64,000 bases of DNA from Hyphochytrium catenoides. Taxonomy: Eukaryota; Protista; Hyphochytriomycota. The position numbers were made by a program, and so were the translations under genes. Shown here in pieces: positions 1 to 13,251 of the stretch. A model generated the notes under the pieces. It was given only the letters and a program-made list of their open reading frames with translations. It made no database searches and was not told the origin of the DNA. How positions within the stretch are numbered: the stretch's first letter is position 1; each line of letters opens with the position of its first letter. The stretch is taken from positions 62,001-126,000 of the forward strand of contig FLMG01001160.1 in the NCBI GenBank assembly GCA_900088475.1, read 5' to 3'.

Positions 1-384
1 GAGAGGATCCCACGTTATTTGACCCAGAGTGAAGCAGTAAGCGGCGGCAATGCAAGTGAAAGCTCTAAGAGGGACAGCGCTCGGTCCTGAAGGCTGTCCC
101 GCATGAGATGCACATAGGGTTCTGCTGTACTCCTCCATTCTCAGTCGGATGGCATCCTCTCCTTATAGCAGTTTAACTCATTTAGGTCTGTCGCTTAGCT
201 GCAAATGTTCCCATCCTAGTAAGAAGATGATGGATATCACTTAGGTCGTGCTGATGTAAAGGTAACGTCTCGTACTGCCTCTGCTTGTACTGGTGGTGTA
301 AGCTGCATGTGCCCGATAGATCTCTGTTATATACTTCCTAGTCAGCAAAATAATATTGAAACATGCTTTGACTGCGACAAGCGA

Positions 385-3300
385 CTATTCGAGTTTACTA
401 TGGCTTGACATCATCCTAAGGAGTGACCTCGTGCTGGTTGATAGCCGCTGCTTAACATCCGTCACTAGCCGATCGACGTCATTGCGAGATAGATCTGTCT
501 CCGTCCGCCTAGATGATGAGGAATCTCTGGAGAGTAGGTCCCAGAAGGTTCCTTTAGCATCTCTCAGGTCCGAAAACGTGCCTTCTTCTACAAGCATCCC
601 GTCTTTGAAGACAAGTATCTTGTCGGCTTCAGCAGTGGTATGCAGTCGATGGGTGACCTGTGATTGAAGCGTATCTTAGCTGTGGGCCTTGAGTATACAT
701 TATCATCTGACCAGGCAACACGTACCGAGATCAAGGTGATCTTCCTTTCCTTGCAGAGCTTACGCACGGAGGACAGAATCTCGCTCTCGGTCTCAGGGTC
801 GAGAGCACTAGTTGCCTGGAATGGACAATGATCAGATTCGCATCTTTCTAGAAAACATAAAGGCGGGGATAACTAACCTCGTCGAGTAAAAGTATTGATG
901 GCTTTCTGCAGAGCGCTCTTGCAAGGCAGATCCGCTGTGCTTGGCCGCCGCTGATACTGACTTTTGCGTGCTGGCCGAGCACTGTGTTGAAGCCCTCATC
1001 CAGAGAGCTCACGAACTTGTCGCATTCCGCCAGCTTTGCAGCCTCAATGCAATCATCGTCCGTCGCAGTCACATTTCCATAACGAATATTCTCGAGAATG
1101 GTTCCGTTAAGTAACATCGTCTCTTGAAAGACGATTCCCACCTGCTTGAGGTAACTCTGATAGTCATAGTCATTCAAAGGGACGTCATCCACCCGGATGA
1201 CGCCTCCATTGGGTTCCCGAAACCTCAGCAAAAGGTTTAGGATTGTGCTCTTTCCGCCACCACTAGTACCACAGACACAAACGAAGGTACCTGCGGGTAC
1301 GAGGAAATTGGCGTGGTTGATGGTGTACTTGCTTTGCAGTGGCTGGTATTTGAAAGTTACGTCCTCAAAGCGGATGCCGGACGTAAGCGGAGCTGATGGC
1401 ATCCTAACAGCTCGAGTTGAATCCTTCATTCCTTGAGTATGAACATTGCTCTGTCGAGCAAGGAGGTTGTCAATCTTTTGCAGGCTTCCGGAGTTACTGA
1501 TTGCCCACCGCATGAAGCCACCGATGTTTGCAACGGGATTGATCATCCCGTTGTATAGCTGCACCATCGCTGTGAAAGAGCCAATGCTGAGGTCACCATC
1601 CGCCGAAGCTAAGGCCAAGGCAGCAGTCAGTAGTGCTATGAACAAGTTCATTCCAGAAGTCACTTCAATCTGAACGATGTTAGACCAAAGCTGACTCTTC
1701 ATAGTTGTTTGACGAAGAAGCTCGCTGCTCTTTTCAAACTTGTTTATAAAGTATGACTGCAATCCGTAAGCTCTGATAGCTTTCTGGCAAGTGATCCCGT
1801 TCTGGAACTCCGCTGCGAGATAGGCATTGTTGGTGACGTAGTCCTTGGACAAATTCGCAGCCTTAACACGTGGACCAACGATGAGGATGACCAGCATGAA
1901 GGATATCCCAACAAAGCCCGCTATCCACTGTCTGTAGAACACGTAGAGAATGGAAAAGATGACGGTGGCCGCGGGATTGATAAGATTCCAGACGATCGAA
2001 ATCCATAGCGTTGATACACGTTGAATGTCGCTGTTAAAAATGTTATTCAGCTCCCCCTCGGTATACAAAGAAAAGAACTCCGTAGGACTTGAGAGAGTAG
2101 TCTGTACGAGGTCCATTTGTAACTTTTTGATACCAGTTGATATGACTGCAGACTGTGCGTAGCCTAGCGCATTATTCCCTAGGATGTTGGGAATACATAG
2201 TACCAGCAGAAAGATGATATTTGTATGAACCGAAGAAGTGAGGCCATCTTTGAGACCATCTACAATGCCTTGTAGTGCGTAAGCTTGGGCAGGAGCCACT
2301 GCGGCTAGAATGATGCTTGAAAGGGTGGCCAGTAACACATTTCTTTTCTGGGTTGACCAGTGGCTTGCTGTGCTTTGAATCACCTCCAACGGCCCATACG
2401 CCATCTGGGCGTCGTGAACCACCATGGACTGCAGGTGCGCTATCATCTCAGACGCTGTCATCTTGGCAGGGCGGTGGATAAGGGCAGTAGCTAAGAATTC
2501 GAGATACTCTGGCATGCTTATCATACCACTCGTTTTCCCGCTAACTATTTCTAGGTCTCGATGAAGCACAAGCGCTTCGTTCAACGTACAGAAGGGAAAA
2601 GATCGGATAGCTTGCTGTACTGAGTCTACCGCAATCTGTAGCTCAGGCCCTGCATTCATACTACTCAACAGCAGCTGTGAATAACGCTGTGAGGCAGGTC
2701 TGGATAGGAGTCTACCACAGCAGATCATACTATGGACTGCCAGCAGAGCGAGGTCGACCTCATCTAGACCACTCTGAGCCGCAAAAGCAACTCTCACTGC
2801 CACGACGCCCACGATGGCCATCACAGCTGCCAGATCAATCAAATTTGTCTTCGATTTCTGAAAAAATTTGCCGAGCGCTCCCATCCGACAAAGCTGCTCA
2901 GCGGCCATGAATGTTGACAAACCAACTGCAACACACTGCAGGAAAAGGTCAGAGAGCTAGTTCGTTTTCTACATAAGGTACTGCCTTACCACTTCCCATA
3001 GCCAGGACGTCTGCAGAGCTGCGGCGCCTGAAGCGCTCTCAACAAACATACGTGCAAGAAGGACTGCCACTTGAAGCAGAAGCACAATGGAGCCGAGCTT
3101 GTAGACCCAGCCATTGACCCATCGAAGGCCATCTCGAGCTGACGAAAAGTCCTGCTTTTGCTCTTCTGATAGTCCTTTCTCCATTGTGCCGAGTTTCTCA
3201 GGACCTAGGATTGGAGGGACTGACATTGACCCAGACATAGCTAGATCATCCATCGCGTACCACGACTTCAAGAGCTTCAGGAGGAGTTATTTTTCGTAAT

Positions 3301-3434
3301 CAAGCAGCATCACTTGGTGTGGACTCAGCTCTATTCACCTTCTGGATTGCCCGACACACTCGTGGACTCAATTGTTCCTCAGTACCAGGGCCCTATCAAC
3401 TTCGCCTCGAAAAGACTTGGCGCCACCTTACCAT
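385..3434 (-). CDS. ABCB-type half ABC transporter (TMD-NBD) with an N-terminal 4-TM extension; multi-exon
   Basis: Walker A GTSGGGKST, Q-loop VFQE, signature ISGGQAQR, Walker B/D-loop ILLLDE|ATSALD and H-loop VTHRL are restored by GT-AG introns at 816-877 and 658-725. Phase-0 intron 2936-2989 joins the upstream ORF (WEV|CVAVG). The 5' exons (ATG 3434, introns ~3393-3431 and ~3275-3338) are less certain. Confidence 0.9.
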
Positions 3435-4343
3435 CAAAGTTTCCAACAGATAGGCGACATCAACGATGAACCCCAACTACGGCAAGAGCTGAGAGGCTTC
3501 ACGCCCAGACAAGCACATCAACGTAGAAAGGGCAGGGCGAAGCGGTGAAGTGCGTGCTCCTGCAAGACAGGATAAGGGGGAGGATCGCCGCACTGTCGGA
3601 GGCACGCTCAGTGATGAAGCGAAGGAGAGAGAGAGAGAAAGCAGAAGAGATGTGAACAGAGTTTGCACTTTGATGGTAAGTCCAGTGTGAAACGGACCTT
3701 GTGGTCCGAATCCGTCTAAAGCCGGAAATAAAGCGTAAAACACGTTCTAAAACGGGATATTCCTTATGGGTTTCCATGCACACACTACAAGGGGAGCTCT
3801 GAAGCTAAGTCCGTAAAGATGTAGCTAGCTACCAGTACCGACGCTCAGACATGCCCAACTCATGTTTATATCCACCACTATAAACTGCTACTGTGAGTTC
3901 AATTACGGAGTTTCTTAGGTCCATTCATTACCCTCCTTGATCGCATCGTCACCAATGATTCCTATTCCGGAACCAAAGCCTATCATTTATCTCTCACGGT
4001 TCCAAAAAGGGTGATCAATTAAGCGGCAGGGACATCCCGCTATCGGAGATTAGAGCGTTGACCTCTTCTGAAGCTTGGACAGAGATCCCGTAGAGATTTG
4101 TCAGTTGCCGTCACTGAGCATAAGTGGGAAGACAAACAGGTGAGCCGCAACCTACAGGTGGCATCTGTAAGAAGCAGAGTTTGCTTGGAAAAAAGAGTTG
4201 TAGAGAGTGGTGTGCTTGGCAAAGATTCTGAAAGAGCGGACGCCAAAGGCCTTAGAGCTGCGGAGATCGCATATTTGTGCCACATGGCTTGACTCCAAAG
4301 TGACGGACGGCATTGCTCACCCCGCGTCTTTGTAGGAAGAACC

Positions 4344-4669
4344 ATGACCAATCTCCAGAACACGCACGCAAGGACCCACAGCAAGGGCGGTCGCCGATGC
4401 CGTACCTGCAACAACCACTATGGTAGGTGACGCTTAACAGATCACTTCATTGAACATGGTTCTCATCTAGGTGTTGCTTAGCTATTATCCGGAAGTACAA
4501 CATCAACATGTGCCGTCAGTGCTTCCGCTCGTACGCACCTGCTATCGGCTTTGTCAAGGTGAGTCTACTCGCTGACTTTTCTTGATGCATGATTGCTAAC
4601 ATTAGCTCTTGACGCCCCTATTTTGACCTCGGCACTTCCCTCATTGTTGCTCCCATACAGTACAAGTAA
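4344..4669 (+). CDS. RPS29: 40S ribosomal protein S29 (uS14), 3 exons, 54 aa
   Basis: Exons 4344-4422, 4482-4558 and 4661-4669 give [54 protein letters not shown], with CxxC...CRQCFR zinc ligands. Missed by the ORF track. Confidence 0.95.
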
Positions 4670-4886
4670 GTAGCACACAGCTGCCTACTAGCTCAGAATG
4701 CAGGATGCCCACTGAGCTCTAAAAAGCTCAGAAGTTCGAGTACGCTCAAAGACGGACTGTGTAATAAAGTTTTTATTGCGCAAGTTTGACGGCAGAAGCG
4801 GCATCTTGTCTCGTACAACCCCATTCGAATCTCCGACTTGTATTCTACTGAGTCTAACTCTCGCTGAAATCTCTTTTTACTGTATA

Positions 4887-7777
4887 TCACTTCTTAGCGG
4901 TGGCTGCACGGACTCGGTGCATCAACTCCTGAATCTTGCTTGGGTCTTTCTTCCCTGGCAACTCTTCTAAACTCCCTGAAACGTCTATTCCCCATGGCGA
5001 GGCTTCTTGAATGACCTTGTCGACGTTGTCTACACTAATTCCGCCTGTGGTGCTTGAGGTAAGCTGGGTACCATCAGGGTCTAGCGGCTCCCATAGCATG
5101 GGTTACCTGCAACTATCACCGGAAGCCCCTTGTCGGCCAATGTCTTGGCGACTTGCCAGTTAAATGTCTTCCCTGTGCCGCCTTGGTTGCAAAGGCGAAC
5201 GGTTTAGTTCAGAATCGCCCACCAGCTTTCAGGATACAATTTAAAGTATCGCTTACCTTTTTGACCATTGACAGCGGTATCGAGCAGGACTGCGACTGTC
5301 CAGCCTGTCATAGAAAGTAAGACGGGGCATATTCATTTTACTAGCCTTCACCCGCACATGCCAAGTAGAGGAAAGAGACAATGTAGAGTGAAAGCTGTGA
5401 CTTGCCTGCTCTTATGTTACTCAAAACCTCTCCGGCTAAGTTGCCGCTGTCCGCCGGAATGTGCTCAACCTTGATGGCCGGGACTTTTAGCTGATGCGCA
5501 AACTCATACGCTGCAAGGGAAGAAGAACGTTAACCTGTTATCATTAGCTAAAGAGAAAGGGGCAGAGGTAGATAGAAAAGGAGAAGCGTAGAGGTCCGTA
5601 CACTCGTCTCCATGCAGTTGCACGAGGTCAATGCCTGCGCTGTCGATAACGGAGTTTATAAATCCCAGTGAGTGGTTTTGGAAGACTCCAACGACTACCG
5701 GCTTCTTTTTGCTCTGTAGCATGTTCGCACTGTCGAGAAGGAGGCTAGATGAGTTTGACGCAGCATTTTGAAGGCCTTGTAAAGAGAAGAAGGGATAGCT
5801 GCTTGTCATAGAATATAAAGGTGAAAGGAGCTTGGGGACAGGAGCAACAGTTTCCCTGAACAAATGAGAGACAAGACGCAACTTTCGCCACTTCTAGTGG
5901 GCTGGCACGTACCAACTCTGAAACCACTCGGTGACATTAACGGCCGGTGTGGGATAGAATTCAGAGAAGTCTATCCGATCCGACCTTTCTCCGAATTTTC
6001 TAACCTCTGTCACTATCTCCTTTGCCTGCTCTGGCGTAACCTTGCGAGGCGATTTCTCTGCAAAAATGAGGCCAATGAAGTCTGCTCCACTTCGAGCAGC
6101 AACCATTGCGTCTTCCGCATTGGTAATTCCACAGATCTTGACAAAAGTCTTGGCCTGTACCGCCACCCCTTTTAATCCCTTAAGACCAGTGGGATTTTGG
6201 TAGATGTACCCCGTAGCGTCAGGAGTCATCGAAAGCACAACTCCACTGGACTCGACAGCTCAGTACCTGGACAGCTAAGTATGGGTCCGCACTTCTCATC
6301 AGGCTCTCACCCACTAGGACACCCCGGCAACCGCAAGAGGTATATTTGATTACGTCCTCCCGAGCCGCAATGCCGCTAAGTGCCATTAGGGCCACTCCCT
6401 CGCGACCTGTAGTATCAGTAAGGGTGAGACAGATGGCCGGCGTTGAAGAAAGGTTTTGGTGAGAAATACGTCTCGCCTTAAGACACTTGTCCTGTTGCGC
6501 TCCCACCCGGGTTGCACGTGCATTCTCTCCTTACGCATTTGAACTGCGGTCTTTTTCTTTATTGTAGGCCCTCTGGATCGCTCTCTTACTGCAGAACTTA
6601 CAGCCTCCATCCACCCCACCGTTTTCCACCTGGGACCATGATATTCTCTCCTACCTAGCAGGCCTCTCTCCTGCAAGATGCTGGCTATCCGGATCGTCCT
6701 ATCCATGTCCACCTGGAAAGTATGCAAATCTCGGTTGTTAACCCCGATAACCTTTGCTCCAGCCTCCAATGCCACTTCTAGTTCTGCTTCGGACACAACT
6801 TCCACCAAAGGCTCCATTCCACGATCTCTTGCAGCCTGCATAGGATTGTTAGCTGCCTCGTCTAAAGGAGCATTGTCCGTTAAGCTTCAACACCTCTTTA
6901 GCGGCCTCTACGCCTCCGTACTACAGCCCATCATCCACTTCTAAACAATGATATCTCCCTCACCTACCGCTAGCAGCGCACGGAAGGTAGCAGGATCTAG
7001 GATTGAGAGCATGAGAAGGACTGTGTCAGCTCCAAAGGCGACCGCCTCTGCAATACATTCGTTAGTTATAGCCAAGCCGGCGTAGAGAGGAGGATGGCAA
7101 CCGACCGTCAAGTTGGTATTCATCTATAATAAAGTCCTTCCTTAGCACTGCCGGTCGCCGTTTATAGCTGGTGATTGCATTCCGAACCTAGAGAGGAGTA
7201 TGAATCAATCTATGCTCGAGGGAATAAGGTCCCACTTTGAGAGAATAACAGAGCGGAATGCGCCTTGCAAGATCAGAGCTCTCTTATTCCGAGCTAAGGG
7301 TTCGCAGGTGTTACCTACCGTAAGCATGTCTTGCAAGGTGCCCTTGAACCACTTGGGCTCCGTCAAGACCGAGATGACGCCGGCACCAGCGTTTGCGTAC
7401 TTGCTTGCAATATCTAGCACAGGGAGGTTGGTAAGCTACGTGGTCCGTTGGACAAAAGAAAGTTTCCACCTGCAGCGTTGGCGTTTGGGGCAATGACTCC
7501 TTTGCTAGGACTGGCTCGCTTGAACTCTGCAGCGATAGCAACTTCAGGAGCTTCCTATGCACCGAACGTCGCCGCACACGCGTCTTGGCGTCAGACTAGC
7601 TTAATCAGCGACAGTTAACGGACATACCTCCCACAGCCGCTCAAACAAGTTCAGCGGCTGTCCGTAGGCTGCCAAGGTGGCACCCGCCAACTTTGCTAGC
7701 TCATGTGTCGAGACCTGTTCCCTTGCATGGTGGACATCCCGCCGCCTCTGCGCGGTTATATCCTCCAAGATCGTCAT
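4887..7777 (-). CDS. trpCF: Bifunctional indole-3-glycerol phosphate synthase / phosphoribosylanthranilate isomerase (TrpC-TrpF fusion), multi-exon
   Basis: Starts [19 protein letters not shown] motifs: [54 protein letters not shown] motifs: [35 protein letters not shown]...KD. Stop at 4887. Confidence 0.93.
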
Positions 7778-8528
7778 CTGGCGGTCCTGTAGAGCTTAGC
7801 ACCCACACCTTCTCCAAGTGAGTCGAGGGCAAGCACTCTTCTCTCACAAAGGTACTCGGCGTGTCTATCTACCTTTCAGCTCGGAACGGGCTTGCCTCTG
7901 CGCGGAACTGCATGTGTTCCTGAAGATGCTGTGTCGTCTTTGGGGCAGAAAGACGAGCTCGAGCTGGCGACAGGTTGTTGAAGGAGAAATTTATGATCAG
8001 AACCCATCTCTCACCGGCATCCCTGATATCAAAGGACTACTACAGAATAAGGGCCATCATAGTACATCATATTCACGATTTTGGCCTTGAAAGTGTTCTT
8101 GTAACATCACACATCTTCAGCTTGCTGGTCCTTGCTGAGGAGGACTGAGGACGTGAGACCTCGAGGGACATGCCTCCTCACAAGTCCGCACGAAAGGAAT
8201 GCGGCAGCCACCAAGAGAGGAAGCTGCAAGACCTAGGATGCACTTCATGGGTTTACTCATGAGTCTCTGAGATCAGAAATGAGACACTCCGGTGCCTCAC
8301 ACGATAGCTTTTGAAGCTCGGCGGCAGAAGATTGTCCCGGATCCCTACTATGGAGAGGCATGAGGCGCACCATGCGAGGCTTACGTCACGAGGCTGTCTC
8401 TGGTTCAGCGTCTGGAGGGTTTGCTGAGAGGTGATAGGGCCAACGCCAGCTGACATATAAAGGAGACGGAAGCCCTGGAAGGAGCTAGTTGCAAGAAAGT
8501 AGCTAACCTTGAAGGGGTGGTGGACAAC

Positions 8529-11500
8529 ATGAAGAGCTTATCCTTCCAAATTGAGATCTTTGAAGAGCTATTGCGGGAAGATGGGATTCTCGTCATGGGC
8601 AAAGGTCTGGGTCTGAAGAAGATACTCGCTAAGTTCATGAGGCTTTATTGCACTCCACATGTAAGATGCTGCTCAAAGCTGTGCTGAAGGACAAAAAAAA
8701 TCTCTAACCAATGGCTGCATGAACCCTCTAAACATTGCTTGTTTTACCCAGCGTTTGGTTTTCGTCCTTAATGCGGCATCAGAGTTCCTCACGTTCCGGC
8801 GTATGCTACTTCTCGATGGCGTGCCCGAGAAGGAGTTGCCAAAGGTTCGCTTCCCTACCATCCTAATCAGTCGCTGCATCTCTTGTCTTTAAAGAGTCTT
8901 CTTTTCCATGACTTCCACCTCCAGGCTTTTGATGTTCTTCTTCTTCTCTCACTTTTAGCTGATCACGAACGAGTTCACAATCAGCGACAGAGAGCGTATG
9001 TATCTGGAAGGTGGCTGCTTCGTCATCACTTCTCGCATCCTCGTTGTTGATCTTCTAATGAGAAAGGTGGACCCAAAGCTAATCAGCGGCATCTTGGTGC
9101 ACAACGCGCACCGAGTCACGGAAACATCTACAGAGACTTTTATTATACGTCTTTTCCGGCAGGTAAGGGGAGGCTTCTCTTAAAATGCCCGGACATAGGC
9201 AAAAAAAGACATATTCTGGTCACGGTGGCTTGTGGATGTCGTGTAGGAGCCGTGGGCAAGCTTACAAGCTCTCGCATCTTGTTCTGACGATCTGCACAAT
9301 GCGCACTGATTCCCACTCTTGACAGCTGAATACTGCAGGATTCGTCAAGGCCTTCTCAGACGAGCCAGAATCTCTGGTGTCAGGCTTTAACAAGATAGAA
9401 AAGGTCAAGTAAGGAGTTGTACTTCAGCTCCCACTCTTACAGTTCACGACTGGGTCTCCAAATTTCAGCGTGCTTCTTCCTGTGAGGTCAGGCGTTGTTG
9501 GAGCTGCTGCTTGCTTATCAAAGTCCCTAAACCTTACAGTCCGCTGTCTCTTAGTGGCGCAATGTCTGAGCATTAACATGCCTTGCTTCCCTGTCCAAAA
9601 CATGAATTGTTGTAGGTCCTTAAGCACCTGCAAGTTCGCAGGCTCTTTCTATACCCACGATTTCACGCTGCGATATCGGACTGTTTTGCATCTCTGCAAC
9701 CAGAGGTTGTCGAGCTCTCCCAGCCGCTCACTTCAAATATGCAAGAGATGCAGCAAGCGATTCTAGTAGCGATGGATGCATGCATTAGCGAATTGAAAAA
9801 GAGCAAGCAAATCGACACGTCGGAGCTAACTGTCGAGAATGGGCTGCACAAATCCTTCGACGTGTATATTAGACGACAGTTGGACCCGATATGGCATAAG
9901 GTGACTCCCAAGACTAAACAGTTAGTGAACGACCTCAAAGTACTTCGGAAACTGCTGTCATACCTCGTGCGCTACGACGCTATCACTCTATACTCGTTCC
10001 TGATTATGCTTAAGGCATCCAATAGCAGCATGCAACGTTCAATGTCCCTGTGGCTCTTAACGGAGGCGGCGGATCGGCTGTTCAAATTTGCCAAAGAAAG
10101 GATCTACAAGTTGTCGTACTATATGAAAAAGGAAGAGAGTAAGACACAGTCGAGACAGGATAACGGTGAGGCAGATTCGGTAGAGCTAGAGGACCGGAAG
10201 ATGGATCTTGTACTGGAAGAGAACCCGAAGTGGAAACTGGTTGCAGAAGTTCTCGACGAGATTTATGAAACCTATGAAAAGGAGAAGAAAGGGCATTGTC
10301 CCTATCCCGGAGGTTGCCGAGTGCTTGTCATGGTTCATGATGATCGTACTGCAGCTCAGCTGCGGGAATACCTTCAGCTCGGAGGCCGGGGTATGCTCCG
10401 ATTTCGGTTCTCTCGCTTTCTTAAACAGTACAATAGAAAGTTCCATCGGTCAAATAGTCTCAGGTAAGATGGCCCTCGCGCATTAGTCCCTTCCAATAGT
10501 TGTCTTTAGGTATTCTCTTCGTCCTAGCGCTAGACGGGAACTTTTGGTTTTCTTAATGAGAACATGAGCAGCGATCAAACTATAAAAGGCTAGATGTATC
10601 GTCGTTGGTGTCCATGACCGGCCGTACCCAGGTTCTTGAGGGATACTAATGGAAAATTATTTTAGGCAAGCCCACGCCCAGCAGCTAAAGCGGAAGACGG
10701 AATTTCACGAACCGTGGCAGGATTCGTCTCTCACGCTCGAACAAAGACTTCTCCTTAAGCTCGAAACTCAGCTGGCCGACTTCCTACTAAAGAGAGACTT
10801 GGAGGTCGACAAGCCTTCCATAGTGGCGGCGTCCTCTAACAAAAAGAGAAAGGTTGGGTCCGGCCCCAAGCCAAATGGAGATCAGACAGGGTCAGCACTG
10901 AGCAGATCTGGATCTCTTCAAAGTGACTCAGAGTTTCATAGCGAAAAGAAGACTATGGAGGCTCAGCACGAGGAGTTCTTTAGCTCTCTCGCCTCTTATG
11001 GTCTCTCAATGGAAGAGCTGGAGGAGTTCTCTCTCTCTCAGGCTCCAGCTTCTTTATCCGCAGCGATCCTTTTGCCCCAAAAGGAGGAGATCGAGGATAC
11101 TGGAGAAGCGGCATCGGAGGACCCAGTTTCACAGTTCCGCAGAGAGTTCGTACACGCCGAAGACGTAAACTCCTTGCACGTCGTACTTATGTCCTATGGA
11201 CAGATGGAGCAATCCACTTCTGTTCTGGAGGATTTCCTACCTACCTTTGTCGTATTGTACGACCCAGGTAACCAGAATAGTAGTGTGCACTCCTCTTAAC
11301 TGGCTGTCGCAAAGCTGAATGCTATTTAATATTCTCCTTTGGCTCCGCGCCCTTCAGCCTAGGCCTAGGGTGGGGTCAGCCCTTTCCCCCAAGGTGCTTC
11401 ATTGAACTCTTTGTGCATGTGCTTGAGACTACCTTAATTGGACCGTCAGGCAGGCTGACGTCTTTTACTTTGATGTTCAACTTCTTACTCTTCTATTCCT

Positions 11501-13029
11501 TACAGAGATCTCTTTCATTCGAGAGCTGGAGGTATACAAAGCGGAGCATCCAGAGGTCCCTCTCCGAGTATATTTTTTAATCTACGAGGAAAGTGTGGAA
11601 GAGCAGAAGTACCTGACGGAGATCAGGCGGGAAAAGGAAGCGTTTGAGAGTCTAATCCAGCTGAAGAAGCACATGATAGTTCCTAACATATCTCCTGCTC
11701 CTACGCTTTCGCCCGCTGGGCCACCCCCACTTTCAATGGACACAAGGACATCACGTCCAGCAAAGTCTAAACCTAAAGCTCCTCCTACGATAGTCATAGA
11801 CGTCAGAGAGTTTCGATCCCCACTTCCATTCCTCCTGCATCTCGCTGGATTTGAGGTCCATCCCGTAACCCTAGAGGTTGGTGATCTTATTCTTTCTCCA
11901 GAAATATGCGTTGAAAGGAAAAGCGTCAGCGATCTTTTCTCCTCCTTTGCCTCTGGAAGGCTGTACAATCAGGTAGAGAATATGAGCAGGTGAGGAATAT
12001 GGCGCTGCGGTTCTTCCCATGATCCTCGTTGCTTTACAATTCTGAGCAAGGCGCAGTCCTGAACGGTCTTAGCAGTAACTCTATGCCCCACTCTAGTCTT
12101 CCACCAGACCATGGCTCCGATATGGTTCAATCGCACGTCTGGCTCTCCTAGACCTATGCCACTCCCTTGTACTCTCTCTTTTATAACCTTCACTGTACCG
12201 TGTTTGCCCTGTGCCAGCTTTGACTCTGGACAATGACATGCTGAATAAAGCATGAATGCCCTCCTTTGACCTCACATCTCTTTCCATACTTCTCCATACG
12301 TATCCCTCTTCCCATAATCAGGTACTATAAAACTCCATGCCTTCTTATCGAGTTCACACCCGAGAAAGCGTTCTCCCTACAGACGCCTTCAGAACTGCCC
12401 CCGGATATTTCTCCATCCTCAATCTCTTCGAAGCTGGTCCTTCTGACCTCACACTTTCCTGCCCTGAGGATCATTTGGTCGCGTTCTCCACATGCGAGTG
12501 TCGACCTGATCAAGATGCTAAAGACCAATCAAGTAAGTTGATTAAGCGCCACGCAAAAGACACGTACAGATCGCCCTTAGAATACACTGGAGGCCTTCAT
12601 AGCTTGCCAAGAATGGTAGATATGCTGGTGTTAAACGAGCGGGGCATCAAGGTAGTGTTGGGGTGGAGTAATTTTATTGCGCATTCAGGAGCTGCGCGTT
12701 AAGAATGACTGAGAGATGATTGCAAGTGTCCCTTTCCAACCCTAACGCCAAGGTTTCATTGTTAGGACGAACCTGATCTTGACACAGCTATGACTGTCGG
12801 CACCGAGGACGGTACGGCCGGGGGAGGCTCTGCCGCGCAGCAGTACAACCTCATCCCCATGGATGTACTACGAAAGTTTCCTGGTGTGACCACTCACAAT
12901 CTGAGACCTATCATGAATAAGCTGAACAACCTCGCTGAGCTAGCCACGGCTTCGGAGGAGGAGATTATAAAGGTGATGGGCAAGGTGAACGCTAAGCCTT
13001 TGCTTAGGTTCCTACAGAAGAGAGAGTAA
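8529..13029 (+). CDS. ERCC4: DNA repair endonuclease XPF/ERCC4 (Rad1), multi-exon
   Basis: N-terminal helicase-like part (ITSRILVVDLL, LVHNAHRVTETSTETFIIRLFR, LEENPKW); nuclease domain IDVREFRS...VGDLILSPEICVERKSVSDL...GRLYNQ; C-terminal HhH (LRKFPGVT). Confidence 0.93.
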
Positions 13030-13251
13030 CAGCAGGGGTGGACGGTGAGCATCGTAAGCTTCACAATCTCCACAGAGTAACATCTTTAGCGCTCAGAAGA
13101 GAGAGCTTGTTATTACAGGATGTTGGTATTTAACATGATCTTTCCCTTTATAACTAGCCAATGCTAGGTTATCTAACGAGGGCCAGGCAATTAAGTGTGA
13201 CCTGATGCGCGATATTGGTCCAATGTACTGCTCCATCTATAGCCCCTCTCC

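Noticed and set aside
1-384. Extra 3' exons of the ABC transporter, such as a cNMP-binding domain
   Set aside because: The candidate splice combinations I tried hit stops quickly and no domain motif was seen.
4887-7777. TrpC-TrpF fusion as a novelty
   Set aside because: IGPS-PRAI fusions are already known in enterobacteria, oomycetes and diatoms.
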